The notes: generated by a model not told the origin, from the letters alone. A stretch of 64,000 nt of DNA from Candidatus Daviesbacteria bacterium (GCA_016176465.1 JACOXD010000006.1:7878-71877); one strand, 5' to 3'; shown: positions 21,048 through 31,003, counted from the stretch's first letter. Program-made: numbers and translations.

Positions 21048-21912
21048 AAAACTAATTTTTTTTGGAAATACAAAATACTCAATAATTGGAGCAAAGGTTA
21101 TTCATAAAACCTTTCCTTTATCCGCTGTAGTGACAATTCCTGATAAAATTATTGGACGCAAAAAAGAAGTAGTACTCTCCCCTGTTAAAAAATTTGCCAT
21201 TTTGCATAACATCCCAGTTATTGAGACTAATAAATTAACAGATGAGGTGGTAGACAAAATAAAGTATTTAAACCCTGATTTTTTAGTTGTAGAAGATTAT
21301 GGCCTAATTTTACCTTTAAAATTACTAGAGATTCCTAAAATTGCTCCTTTAAACATTCATCACTCCTTACTTCCTAAATATAGAGGCCCATCCCCTGTTC
21401 CCAGCGCAATTTTAAATGGGGAAAAGTTAAGTGGAGTGACTATAATCAGGATGACTAAAGATATAGATGCAGGGGATATTTTAGCACAAAAAGAATATAC
21501 ACTAATACCTAATGAGACTACTGATTCTCTTTTAACTACATTAAACTCAATGGGTGGCGAACTTTTAGTTGATGTGATTAATCAATATTTACAAGGAACC
21601 ACTACACCACAAGCACAGAATAAAGATAAAGCTACTTTAACCAGACTTATAAAAAAAGAGGATGGGTATTTTGATATTGAAAATCCTCCAGACTCTGAGC
21701 AATTAGATAGAATGATTAGAGCTTACTTTCCCTGGCCAAATGTTTGGACAAAATGGAAGGGTAAAGTAGTGAAATTTTATCCCTCTCCCAATCATCCTGA
21801 TTCAGCTTCCGCCGGAGAAGGATCTATTCTTGTACAAATGGAAGGAAAACAAAAAACTCCTCTTAAAGATTTCCTCAATGGCTACCCAAATTTTCCTATA
21901 AAAAAAATTTAA
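21043..21912 (+). CDS. fmt: methionyl-tRNA formyltransferase
   Basis: IFFG, NIHHSLLPKYRGPSP, DAGDI; both candidate ATGs (21025, 21043) lie in repeat termini. Confidence 0.95.
   Translation: MTKLIFFGNTKYSIIGAKVIHKTFPLSAVVTIPDKIIGRKKEVVLSPVKKFAILHNIPVIETNKLTDEVVDKIKYLNPDFLVVEDYGLILPLKLLEIPKIAPLNIHHSLLPKYRGPSPVPSAILNGEKLSGVTIIRMTKDIDAGDILAQKEYTLIPNETTDSLLTTLNSMGGELLVDVINQYLQGTTTPQAQNKDKATLTRLIKKEDGYFDIENPPDSEQLDRMIRAYFPWPNVWTKWKGKVVKFYPSPNHPDSASAGEGSILVQMEGKQKTPLKDFLNGYPNFPIKKI
21792..21825. repeat. single arm of the GTCAT element in frame in fmt
   Basis: TCATCCTGA...GAAGGATCT; encodes HPDSASAGEGS. Confidence 0.75.
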
Positions 21913-21916
21913 AATA

Positions 21917-22624
21917 TTATTCTCTTTCTCTGCTTGGAGATCCTATCATTCCTTCTGAGGCTTCTTGATTAACAAATGGAGAATTATCCATAAGATCATA
22001 TCTGCCAGACCAGACTTCTTTTAATACTGCTTCTGATAATTTTCCATCCTGAACATCCATAATTAAAGAAAGTACTCCTCTATTATATGCCAACTCCCTT
22101 CTGGTCTGAAGATGCTGGCCAGATTCTGATTCAATTAGGGGCATCCGAAGTTCATTCTCATCTACCATTTCTTCAACATAAGAGGTAAATTGCTCATATA
22201 AAATACCTTTATGTCTTTCCAATATACGTAATTGATCTCTCCTTCTTTGTTTAGGCTCAAAGGCCATATCCATAAAATCCTTACTAAACCAAACATCAGG
22301 TAGCTCTGAGTAACCAGGGGTTCCTCTATTTAGGACTGATTCCCATCCTTCCCAGCTTTCATAACCTAAATCTATCGACGAGGTAACATTGCCATCAGTA
22401 TTTGTTGCATCAATCTTCACTCTAACTCCGCGCATGGGTCTAGTTAAAGGTCTATCACTAAGTGTAAACTCAATGGAAGAATTCCACCCAGGCTTCTTTG
22501 CTGCAGCTTCTGCAGTTCTTACTGCTTTATTAATTTCAGATTCCTTCCTATCTGAGACAGTAAGTCTGGTTGGAGTATAAGCAAAAACATTAGGGGTATA
22601 AGCTAGGACGTAAAGTGTTTTCAT
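21917..22624 (-). CDS. hypothetical protein
   Basis: 235-aa ORF, own TTGACA-17-TATAAA promoter (22638-22666). Confidence 0.7.
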   Translation of the reverse strand: MKTLYVLAYTPNVFAYTPTRLTVSDRKESEINKAVRTAEAAAKKPGWNSSIEFTLSDRPLTRPMRGVRVKIDATNTDGNVTSSIDLGYESWEGWESVLNRGTPGYSELPDVWFSKDFMDMAFEPKQRRRDQLRILERHKGILYEQFTSYVEEMVDENELRMPLIESESGQHLQTRRELAYNRGVLSLIMDVQDGKLSEAVLKEVWSGRYDLMDNSPFVNQEASEGMIGSPSRERE

Positions 22625-22689
22625 ACTCTAGGATAGATTTATACTCCTATGCCTAAATTTTGTCAAGGAAGAGATTAAAGACTTTTAAA

Positions 22690-22929
22690 TTAAACTTGAG
22701 CTTGAGAGGCCTCCGGGGCTTTTTGGAATTTGGCTATAAAGCTTGCCTTTATCTTTCTTAAACACTTTGTACAGTACTTTTTTCCTTTAAATTTATGTAA
22801 ATTAGGGTGTTGAACTCTTTTGCTGATTTGAGCACGCAAAGGCCACTCAGATGCACCAGAGGAACCTTTTTTATGTCTCGACCAGGAAATTTTATTAGGC
22901 TTCTTCCCACAATTACTACAGATTAACAT
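22690..22929 (-). CDS. rpmB: 50S ribosomal protein L28
   Basis: CxxCGK...SRH...KRVQHPNL...CTKCL. Confidence 0.85.
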   Translation of the reverse strand: MLICSNCGKKPNKISWSRHKKGSSGASEWPLRAQISKRVQHPNLHKFKGKKYCTKCLRKIKASFIAKFQKAPEASQAQV

Positions 22930-22987
22930 AAATTTATTAGTCCTTTAGAAGAAAAATATTAACACAGAAATTAGAAAAAAGAAAGGA

Positions 22988-23443
22988 TTATGATCCTCGA
23001 ATAGATTTAATGACTCTGCTGCCTACCATTCCAACGGCCCGAACAAATGGTCTCCCAGTGAAACCTACTGCCCATCCAACTTCGCTTCTTCCGGTAATAG
23101 CGGCTGCAACAAATCCTGCGCCTATCGAACCTACAGCTTCAAACGTAGCTATTACCATACTTATTCCGGCATCTCTTTCTAATCGACGTATTGCTCTTGA
23201 CCAATACGCTTCATCCTCCTGGTTATATTCTTGTGAATTAAATACTAAACCATGCAACCTATTAAGGTGCTCACTTAGTTTTATATGGTTTATCGCTCCA
23301 ACATAATGCCTATATGCTTCTAATGCTGGGAAATAAGTAAGCTCTATTTCACCTATAATAGTCATTAACCCTTGGCCAAAAGGATCATTAGGCGTAAGAT
23401 CTTTTGCAAATTCTCTTGGCGATAATCTTTTATATTCACTCAT
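22988..23443 (-). CDS. hypothetical protein
   Basis: 151-aa ORF, Gly-rich hydrophobic C-terminus. Confidence 0.6.
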   Translation of the reverse strand: MSEYKRLSPREFAKDLTPNDPFGQGLMTIIGEIELTYFPALEAYRHYVGAINHIKLSEHLNRLHGLVFNSQEYNQEDEAYWSRAIRRLERDAGISMVIATFEAVGSIGAGFVAAAITGRSEVGWAVGFTGRPFVRAVGMVGSRVIKSIRGS

Positions 23444-23529
23444 ATAAGTTTAATATAATACTATATATTATAGGATAATGCAAATTTTTCCCTATATTTA
23501 TTCGGAACGAGTCTGGTAAAATACCATAA

Positions 23530-24183
23530 ATGAGCCCTGAATTTCTAGCAATTTTACTGGTAGTTTTAATTTTTTCTGTAATAGTTCATGAGGTAATGCA
23601 TGGATTGGTGGCCTTATATTTTGGAGATCACACCGCTGAAAGGGCGGGAAGGTTAACTTTAAACCCTATCCCTCATATTGACCCCATTGGAACGATTTTT
23701 CTTCCTGCAGCACTACTTTTACCTGCCATACTTAGTGGTATGTCTCCACAATTCTTTCTGGCTTGGGCAAAACCTGTGCCTGTTAATCCTCTCAATTTTA
23801 GCGATTTAAGAAAAGGCGAGCTATTTGTTTCAGCTGCTGGGGTGTTGGCAAACTTAAGTTTAGCATTAATTGGAGCTATTATATATCATCTATCGAACAC
23901 CGCTTTTACCCTACCCTATTTAAATGTGGTCGCCCTTATTACTGTTAATATCAACCTATTACTAGCAGCTTTTAACTTACTCCCCATTCCTCCGTTAGAT
24001 GGATCAAAAGTGCTTTTATCACAACTCCCTTATAACTTAGCCAGAGAATACCAAAAAATAGAACCTTATGGATTCTTAATACTGATTGCCCTTCTTTTTA
24101 TTAGAATTGGTGACACTTCTATAATTGGCATTTTTTTAGAAATTGTGGTAGGAAACTTAAGTAGATTACTAATAGGTTCTTAG
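23530..24183 (+). CDS. site-2 protease (M50) family protein
   Basis: HEVMH, FNLLPIPPLDG. Confidence 0.95.
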   Translation: MSPEFLAILLVVLIFSVIVHEVMHGLVALYFGDHTAERAGRLTLNPIPHIDPIGTIFLPAALLLPAILSGMSPQFFLAWAKPVPVNPLNFSDLRKGELFVSAAGVLANLSLALIGAIIYHLSNTAFTLPYLNVVALITVNINLLLAAFNLLPIPPLDGSKVLLSQLPYNLAREYQKIEPYGFLILIALLFIRIGDTSIIGIFLEIVVGNLSRLLIGS

Positions 24184-24214
24184 TGAGTTTGAGGCTAATT
24201 TACACATTTCTTAC

Positions 24215-24243
24215 TTGACTGATTAAACTTACTTTGATATGAT
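24215..24243 (+). promoter_or_regulatory. sigma70 promoter with extended -10
   Basis: TTGACT-17-TATGAT preceded by TGn. Confidence 0.75.
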
Positions 24244-24249
24244 AACTTT

Positions 24250-24511
24250 GTCCTTAAAAAGGACAAAGTAGATGGCAAAAAGCCATAGCCTACTGGCACG
24301 TTTGACATTTGAAGATTAATTTTCCTCCGCTGCTGTTTAACCTTTTCGGGTTTCCAGTAGTCTTTAAGGATTTAATCCTTAAAGAGAGGACTCCCATCTT
24401 TTTGTATTAGGGGGAAAACCTTCAAAAAACGACCAAGTAGGCAGAAATCATCTGTCCAAAAGACGTTTATAGATTTTATCCACACACCTTTTTTAGGTGA
24501 GTGGATTTTTT
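24250..24511 (+). ncRNA. candidate structured ncRNA of unknown family
   Basis: no ORF; nested helices; promoter upstream and terminator downstream. Confidence 0.6.
24478..24511 (+). terminator. intrinsic terminator
   Basis: ATCCAC..ACCT/AGGT..GTGGAT hairpin followed by a T-run. Confidence 0.7.
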
Positions 24512-24558
24512 ATAGGATTTCAATTAAAATAAATCCTATCACAAAAACTACTAAATTA

Positions 24559-24630
24559 GCCTCCTTAGCTTAATGGTAGAGCAATAGTTTTGTAAACTAT
24601 AGACGACGGTTCGATTTCCGTCAGGAGGCT
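24559..24630 (+). tRNA. tRNA-Thr(UGU)
   Basis: acceptor GCCTCCT/AGGAGGC, anticodon arm ATAGT-TTTGTAA-ACTAT, T-loop TTCGATT. Confidence 0.95.
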
Positions 24631-24691
24631 CATAATAATTATAAATTTTGATATATTTACATTTGGGTAATATTCGGTATATCCTCTTCAT

Positions 24692-24880
24692 ATGCGTCCT
24701 GCCTTTTATGATAATCCTGGATATAAAAGAAAACAGGCGGAGATAACCCATAGATATTGGCAAAGGGGCACCTTTAACTTTATAATAAAACCGCGTCAAA
24801 TAAGAATTTGTTCTAACATAAAATGCTCCCTATCCTTTCGGACCTTACCTGCCGATCCAAAAAAATATTGTAGCCATAAA
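24692..24880 (+). pseudogene. N-terminal fragment of a Cys-motif protein (possible homing-endonuclease remnant)
   Basis: CSNIKC...KKYCS, then the frame runs antisense into the next gene. Confidence 0.4.
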
Positions 24881-24898
24881 GCTTTACTGGAAATTTTT

Positions 24899-25135
24899 CT
24901 AAGCAACTTGGCCTTGCCCTCCTTGCATATTAGAACCCTGCTCACTCCAACCCAAAGCTTTAATAACTTCATCTGCAGAGCTGTATGTTCCCTCAGGGAG
25001 ATTTTGCATAAACCATTTTTTATCTTCCTCAGAAAAGTCAGATAAATTACTACACTCCGCTACTAGCTGATCTTTTGTTGCAGGGTAATTTTGATGTGAC
25101 TTTAAATGCATCATAGCATTATCTTTATCTTGCAT
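24899..25135 (-). CDS. small DUF2795-like protein
   Basis: YPATKDQLV...LPEGTYSSADEV; strong AGGAGGTGA RBS. Confidence 0.8.
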   Translation of the reverse strand: MQDKDNAMMHLKSHQNYPATKDQLVAECSNLSDFSEEDKKWFMQNLPEGTYSSADEVIKALGWSEQGSNMQGGQGQVA

Positions 25136-25193
25136 TCTTTCTCACCTCCTTTATATTAAAGTTGCTTATATATAAATCATGAAAAATAATTTT

Positions 25194-26099
25194 TCAAGTG
25201 GGAATCTCTTTTGAAGGTATAATAGTATTAGGGAAAGGTTCTGGAAATAATTTAGCAAATTTATTTAAACTAAAAAATCCTTTAACTTTAATTCTTCCAA
25301 GTAACATTGCTAAAAAGGGACTTTGGATATTATTAATGGTTTTAACAAAAGTTTCTATAGATTGACTCATTACCAAATTTGGGTTATTAACTTTTCTCTC
25401 TACAACTTCAAATTGGTCATTTTTTACTTTGATACTAAAAACTCCATTATATTCTCCAACAAAATCAAAAATTGCCCTAAACTCTTTAATTTTCAAAGCC
25501 TCAGATTTATTTAAAAACATTCCCATCAGTTCCATATACATCCCCAAAGCTTTTTTAGTAACTGAAGGGAGAGGCAAAGGCTCATTTCTTTTAAGGTGAA
25601 TCCTAAGCTGCATTAGGAGATTCCAGGTATGCCCAATTAAACCAAGTAAGGCTTCCTCTGCGCTAATCCATCCCATTCCGGGTAAAGGTACAAAAACTTT
25701 ATCTTTAAGGTTAGAATCCTTCATCTTTTCTAATACTTTTCTAATTAAATTTCTTGACTGTCTCATTTGCCTTAAAGATTTTTCTACACTTTGTTTCTTG
25801 GGGCGCATTTTAAACATGAATGCGTTCCAATTGTTTAATTGCCTCATTGTTTTCATCACTACTTGTTTTTTCTTGGGATATTTTTTACCTTTTTTTAATG
25901 CAAAATAAACTAAACCTTTATCAAAATAAGAAAGGTGGTATGGTACATCTGCCATAATCCAATCTTTTCCATGTTTTTTTTGCCAATCATTTGGGGAAAT
26001 AGAAGATAGAAGTTTATCTAATCCTTCCCATAAGTTTTCTAAATTAGAAAGGATCTCTTTTACTTTTAAGCCTTTTTTAGTTTTAGATCTAGCTAACAT
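25194..26099 (-). CDS. DinB/MDMPI-like domain plus SCP2 sterol-binding domain protein
   Basis: W-x-MADVPYHL, GHTW; C-terminal AMLLGRIKVKG. Confidence 0.7.
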   Translation of the reverse strand: MLARSKTKKGLKVKEILSNLENLWEGLDKLLSSISPNDWQKKHGKDWIMADVPYHLSYFDKGLVYFALKKGKKYPKKKQVVMKTMRQLNNWNAFMFKMRPKKQSVEKSLRQMRQSRNLIRKVLEKMKDSNLKDKVFVPLPGMGWISAEEALLGLIGHTWNLLMQLRIHLKRNEPLPLPSVTKKALGMYMELMGMFLNKSEALKIKEFRAIFDFVGEYNGVFSIKVKNDQFEVVERKVNNPNLVMSQSIETFVKTINNIQSPFLAMLLGRIKVKGFFSLNKFAKLFPEPFPNTIIPSKEIPT

Positions 26100-26210
26100 A
26101 AATAAAGGCAGATTAGTTTGGGGTATCTTAAAAATATAATAGATAAAAGTCAATTAATTAGTTTTGTAGTTGGAACTAATATAAAAAAGTTGTTAAAATA
26201 TCAGCCTAGT

Positions 26211-26285
26211 GCCGACTTAGCTCAGTGGTAGAGCAACTCCATGGTAAGGAGTAGGTCGTGGGTCCAATTCCCACAGTCGGCTCCA
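26211..26285 (+). tRNA. tRNA-Thr(GGU)
   Basis: acceptor GCCGACT/AGTCGGC, anticodon arm ACTCC-ATGGTAA-GGAGT, encoded CCA. Confidence 0.93.
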
Positions 26286-26441
26286 AATGAAACTGAAAGG
26301 TTTGAATTAGCCTCAATCTGTACTTGATATTTAGATCTAATCCAAGATTTGAAATATAACTCTGTTTACAACAGGAGTCCTTTAGATAGATTATTAAATA
26401 GTTGTTACGCAGTTTTTTATTCATTATGGTAATATTTACTT

Positions 26442-26654
26442 ATGAAGATCACAGTTACTAAACAACCTGAAACTAAAATTACTCAACCAATTGAACCGTC
26501 AGGTTCGGTCAAAATAGCTGGAGAAAAAGTCTCTATTGGTACACAAACAGTATCCAGTAAACCAGGATCATCACCAAAGGCTATTTTAAAGGGTTTAAAA
26601 GAGGCTTCTAAGAAAGCTATTTTCCCACCTCCTGCCTTAGCTATTAATGAATGA
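26442..26654 (+). CDS. small protein, possible antitoxin
   Basis: overlaps the start of the PIN gene. Confidence 0.5.
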   Translation: MKITVTKQPETKITQPIEPSGSVKIAGEKVSIGTQTVSSKPGSSPKAILKGLKEASKKAIFPPPALAINE

Positions 26655-27183
26655 GGAGACACCACAACAAGTTATTATCCTTGACACAAATATTCTTCAG
26701 TATATAAACAACCAAAAAATTTTAACTCAGCTCCTCTCTTATTTGACAGATCTAGTCAAAAGAGGGTTCGGTTTGGCGATATCAGAGGTTACTTACTATG
26801 AACTGTTGTCTGGTACAACAGCTAAGCAGGAAGAAGACGGACTAAATATCCTTAACAATTTCACAAGATATGTTGTTGAATTAAGGGTATTAGTGGCTGC
26901 ATCCCAATTATCTACTCTTTATTATCATCAATGTAAGTTGGAAGGTAGAACTTCACATGACATTTCTGTGCAAGATAAAATTATTGCCTCAACAGCTATC
27001 TTAACAGGTTCGCTTATATTAACTGCTAATATTAATGACTTCCCTAGACCTTTCTTTCAGGAGACCGAGGAGAAACCTATTTTTTACAAAGATGGAAATA
27101 GATCTAAAATGTTAGTGCTACAATTACTAAGGCCAAACCAAGTTGTTATTCAGCAAAGATTTCAAGAAAGACCAGTTAAATAG
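26647..27183 (+). CDS. PIN-domain (VapC-like) protein
   Basis: ILDTNIL, YYELL, DKIIASTA, LTANINDF. Confidence 0.88.
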   Translation: MNEETPQQVIILDTNILQYINNQKILTQLLSYLTDLVKRGFGLAISEVTYYELLSGTTAKQEEDGLNILNNFTRYVVELRVLVAASQLSTLYYHQCKLEGRTSHDISVQDKIIASTAILTGSLILTANINDFPRPFFQETEEKPIFYKDGNRSKMLVLQLLRPNQVVIQQRFQERPVK

Positions 27184-27353
27184 TATCCTGCTTTAAAACT
27201 CCCTCTAGGTTATTTTTGAGAAGTTCTAATTGAAAAGCTAGAAGTTTAGCCTCATCTGAGTTATCATTGAATAGTTTTGGAGTCCGACCCTAACACCGAC
27301 TCCCGCTCCCTTTTTATTTGACTCCTTTTGCTTAAATATGACATCCTTATCTT

Positions 27354-28466
27354 ATGAACCCGGAAGCTGTCCAACCAAGCGCTAAGACAATTTCTAAAGC
27401 TGCGGCGGCAAAGCAAACCGCTGGTATAAGGGAAGCTGGAGCAACAGAGCGTACAGCAGATATTAATCGGCGTTTAACTGCTTCAGCCCAAGGAAAACCA
27501 GCACAGGCTGTTAATTTAGCTGAGTTAAGAGCTAGATTTGCAATTGCCACTCCTATGTCTTACGAAAAACCTCAATCACAATTTGAAGCTTTTCCAACAA
27601 ATCAACCTCCTAGTCCCATTGAAGATAGAGATAGCCCAGAATTAGAGAGACTTAGAGAATTAGCCACCCAAGTAGAAGAAACTATCAAAATGAGCCATGG
27701 TTTAGAAAATGAGGATCTGCCCAGAATTGCAGAACATTTATGGGATGGAACAGATGATGAGTTAAAAGCTTTAACTCGACGTTCTACTCTCAACCCAAAA
27801 GCCTCTAACTACACAATTGCAGGAAGAGATCAAAGTGGGCAGGGTATTTATTCTGATGTAGTTTATCTTAGTCCAAAAATCCGTGAAAGCTTATCTAATG
27901 CTTCAGCTGAATCTTTATCGGAAGTTGGTACAACAAGATCTGAATTCCAAGCACTTATAGAAGAAGTGAGCCATTTTGTTTACAAAAATTACTACCGCCA
28001 ACTTTATGGAAGTAATCCCCACTCTGCATCTGTAGAATTAGTTGCTGTTTTGGATGAGTATAATGTTTTCCAATATCTATCAAGAGCTGCTCAAGGGAGA
28101 ACATTAAGCATTGAAGAACATTTGGCTACCATGGAACAATATGCGGCAGCCTATAATCCCGAGTACAGATCAGAAGGAGAATATATTGTTGGTCATGAAC
28201 TAGGATCCAAATATTTACTCTATTTAAATAGATTGCACAATAGTGGGCAAGATGCTGGAGCAGAACTTGGCAGATTTTATAGACTAACTAATCGCCAACA
28301 ACTTGAGTATTTATTTTACAATATAGGTTTAAGGGTAGAACACAAAACAAAAAATGAACAGCAAGAAGTAGCAAGGGTATTTTCTGAAATTAGTTCTTTG
28401 CAAAGTTCTGTTAGTAATCAGCCTCAAAGTAATGGCCGAGTATTCACTCCCAATAGGGCAGCATAA
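27354..28466 (+). CDS. hypothetical protein (possible zincin-like)
   Basis: 370-aa ORF; EEVSH...E motif. Confidence 0.65.
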   Translation: MNPEAVQPSAKTISKAAAAKQTAGIREAGATERTADINRRLTASAQGKPAQAVNLAELRARFAIATPMSYEKPQSQFEAFPTNQPPSPIEDRDSPELERLRELATQVEETIKMSHGLENEDLPRIAEHLWDGTDDELKALTRRSTLNPKASNYTIAGRDQSGQGIYSDVVYLSPKIRESLSNASAESLSEVGTTRSEFQALIEEVSHFVYKNYYRQLYGSNPHSASVELVAVLDEYNVFQYLSRAAQGRTLSIEEHLATMEQYAAAYNPEYRSEGEYIVGHELGSKYLLYLNRLHNSGQDAGAELGRFYRLTNRQQLEYLFYNIGLRVEHKTKNEQQEVARVFSEISSLQSSVSNQPQSNGRVFTPNRAA

Positions 28467-28521
28467 ATCCCTTTGAGTTGAACTTATTTAAAATCCTTGC
28501 TAAGCTTAAACTTAAGTATTT

Positions 28522-29071
28522 ATGATTTTTAAAGTTTTTACTCATAAAGTTGTTGATCCTAAAGAGTTATTTTTTAATAAAGCTTTAAGAATCCTTTTAA
28601 CCACAAATGCTTTGGTTTTGTGGGGATTTGATGGCTGCCAGCATAACTGGTGCAATTTTTGCTTTAACTGCAGGGATAGTTGTCTTATTTTCAGCTAAAA
28701 TCTCTGACAAAATAAAAAGAGCAGATTTAATTGTTATCTTAGGGTACCTTTTAATTGGCCTAGGATTTTTACTATTTATTTTTGCAAATTCTCTTCTTTT
28801 TTTATTTTTAATCCAAATTGTTATTGGTTTGGGTGAGGCCATTTATGCACCGGCTTTTGATAAACTTTACTCATCCCATTTAACTCCTGCTAAAACAGGT
28901 AGGGAATGGGGGGCTTGGGAAGCAACTCATTATTTTGCTATAGCAGTTGGTGCAGTTTTGGGTGGAATAATAGTCACAAATTTTGGTTTTAATGTATTAT
29001 TTATGATAATGGCTTTACTTTGTTTTTTCAGTGCCTTTTATATATATAAATTGCCCAAGCATATTCTTTAA
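28522..29071 (+). pseudogene. half-MFS transporter, frameshifted near 28620
   Basis: MIFKVF...NKALRILLTTNALVL from ATG 28522; GDLMAAS...KISDKIKR in another frame. Confidence 0.65.
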
Positions 29072-30028
29072 ATGAGCCATAGAAAACTCACTTTAACACT
29101 ATTTATTGTTTATATTGTGGGCATGACTGCTGTTATGATTTGGCAAGGGATAGGAATTGCCCCTGATCGCTATGCCTTTGTTTTGCTTTTAGGAAGCTTA
29201 CTGGTAAAAAGGACAAGAAGATTTTTATTAGATTGGGTACCATTTTTATTCATCTTAATTTCTTATGATTTTTTAAGAGGTTTTGCCGATAATTTAAACA
29301 ACAGGGTCCATTTTTTTGAACTGATCCATTTTGATAAAGCCTTATTTGGAGAGCTTCCTACAACTCATTTACAAAAGTTGCTTTACACTCCTGGAGTGGT
29401 TCACTGGTACGATGTTGCATTTACAATTATTTATTTTCTCCACTTTGCACTACCTATGGCGTTTGGGTTTTTACTCTGGCTTTATAGTAAACCCCGCTTT
29501 AGGGAGTTTACTTTAGGGCTATTACTACTTTCTTATGCTGCCTGGATTACATATATTATCTACCCTGCTGCTCCCCCCTGGATGGCTGCTGATAAAGGCT
29601 ACGTACAAGTGGATAAAGTTATGTTTCAAACATTTGGGCTGTTTCCAGAAAAAATTTCTCTACCTACTGTCTATCATAAGTTTAATCCAAATCCAGTAGC
29701 TGCCATTCCTTCTATGCACGCAGGCTACCCGATATTTGTTTTACTGTTTGCTTTTACTATTTTTAAGAAAAAAGCATTGTTTTTCTTGCCTTATGTATTA
29801 ATTGTTTGGTTCGCCATAATTTATCTTGGAGAACACTATGTTATTGATGTATTACTTGGTGCTCTTTATGGAGTATTCTTCTTTATAGTTGCAAAAAAGC
29901 TCTCAGCTCATGTAAAATTCCTCCACCATTCTGAGACACACACTGGCTCTAAAGCTCAATTGGCAGAATTAAAGAATGAGGAAGGAGATACATTTAGGTG
30001 GCTAAAAAAGAAAATAGACAGATTTTAG
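29072..30028 (+). CDS. PAP2/IPC synthase-like membrane phosphatase
   Basis: PAAPPW, AAIPSMH, HYVID. Confidence 0.88.
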   Translation: MSHRKLTLTLFIVYIVGMTAVMIWQGIGIAPDRYAFVLLLGSLLVKRTRRFLLDWVPFLFILISYDFLRGFADNLNNRVHFFELIHFDKALFGELPTTHLQKLLYTPGVVHWYDVAFTIIYFLHFALPMAFGFLLWLYSKPRFREFTLGLLLLSYAAWITYIIYPAAPPWMAADKGYVQVDKVMFQTFGLFPEKISLPTVYHKFNPNPVAAIPSMHAGYPIFVLLFAFTIFKKKALFFLPYVLIVWFAIIYLGEHYVIDVLLGALYGVFFFIVAKKLSAHVKFLHHSETHTGSKAQLAELKNEEGDTFRWLKKKIDRF

Positions 30029-30171
30029 GATTGGATTGCAGCGTTTGTAAAAACCGAAACTATATAACTTCAAAAAATACTCTTAACACTAAAGATAAGT
30101 TAAGATTAAATAAATACTGCAAGCACTGTAGAAAAGTGACCCCTCATGAGGAAGTTAAAAAGCTCCATTAG
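29998..30171 (+). CDS. rpmG: 50S ribosomal protein L33 (absent from the ORF track)
   Basis: GTG start after AAGGAG; MAKKENRQILGLDCSVCKNRNYITSKN...KYCKHCRKVTPHEEVK. Confidence 0.95.
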   Translation: MAKKENRQILGLDCSVCKNRNYITSKNTLNTKDKLRLNKYCKHCRKVTPHEEVKKLH

Positions 30172-30233
30172 TTTGCTCCACCGTCCAAAAAAATTTGATT
30201 GACAAAATGTATATTTAAGTGTACATTTACAAT

Positions 30234-30509
30234 ATGCAAAATATAACTACTACCCAACTTAGAACAAAATCAAAAGAGTTAGTAAAAACTCTTAAAGAAG
30301 GGGGGACATTTCGTCTAATCCATAGATCTAGCGTGATAGGCGAGATTACACCATTAAGGCATCAACCAAAACCAATCACAGATATAGAAGCTTTCAAAAG
30401 GGCACTTGATGCTATCAGACCCAAGAAACTGATCCCTAAATCTCAGAGAGAAAAGGTTTATAGGAAGCACTTAGAAGAAAAACATGGTAAAAATATTTTT
30501 CGACGCTAA
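30234..30509 (+). CDS. Phd/YefM-like antitoxin
   Basis: ITTTQLRTK; promoter TTGACA-17-TACATT; overlaps the PIN gene. Confidence 0.75.
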   Translation: MQNITTTQLRTKSKELVKTLKEGGTFRLIHRSSVIGEITPLRHQPKPITDIEAFKRALDAIRPKKLIPKSQREKVYRKHLEEKHGKNIFRR

Positions 30510-30849
30510 TTTCTATATTAGTCTAGTCGAGCAGAGAACCGCAATAGATCTAGATTATTTTAAATCACACATCCTTTTTGTCTCTCCCTTATCAATTGCG
30601 ATCCTAACCTATCTTTATAAATATCAGGTTCCTAATCAGAAATTAATTACTTCTTTGGACGATTTTCATTTAGTTACTTTAGATCAAGAAATTATCTATG
30701 CAGCTCTAGACGGACCAACTTCTGATCTTGAGGATAACATTCAGCTTCACTCTGCTTTTGAGGCTGAGTGTGATCTATTTTTAACAGAGGACAAGAGACT
30801 ATTAAGTTTAAAGTTTTTTGGCAAACTTAAGATTATCTCCAATCTTTAA
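30484..30849 (+). CDS. PIN-domain toxin
   Basis: IFFDAN, DLEDNIQ, FLTEDK. Confidence 0.85.
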   Translation: MVKIFFDANFYISLVEQRTAIDLDYFKSHILFVSPLSIAILTYLYKYQVPNQKLITSLDDFHLVTLDQEIIYAALDGPTSDLEDNIQLHSAFEAECDLFLTEDKRLLSLKFFGKLKIISNL

Positions 30850-30890
30850 TGTTTATCCCTAAACTTAAATTTGGTAAAATTAGCATCTAT

Positions 30891-30966
30891 AGGGGTGTGG
30901 CGCAATTGGTAGCGCATCGGTCTCCAAAACCGACGGTTACAGGTTCGAGTCCTGTCGCCCCTGCCA
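30891..30966 (+). tRNA. tRNA-Trp(CCA)
   Basis: acceptor AGGGGTG/CGCCCCT, anticodon arm TCGGT-CTCCAAA-ACCGA, TTCGAGT, CCA. Confidence 0.96.
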
Positions 30967-31003
30967 ACTCCTAAATCCTATAGTTTGAGTTTTTCTCCTT
31001 AGA

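Noticed and set aside
24551-24799. Minus-strand ORFs over tRNAs (also 26206..26424)
   Set aside because: Antisense shadows of tRNA genes.
24633-26210. Intron-split tRNA-Tyr between the two tRNA-Thr genes
   Set aside because: No tRNA halves or group I core motifs were found by eye.
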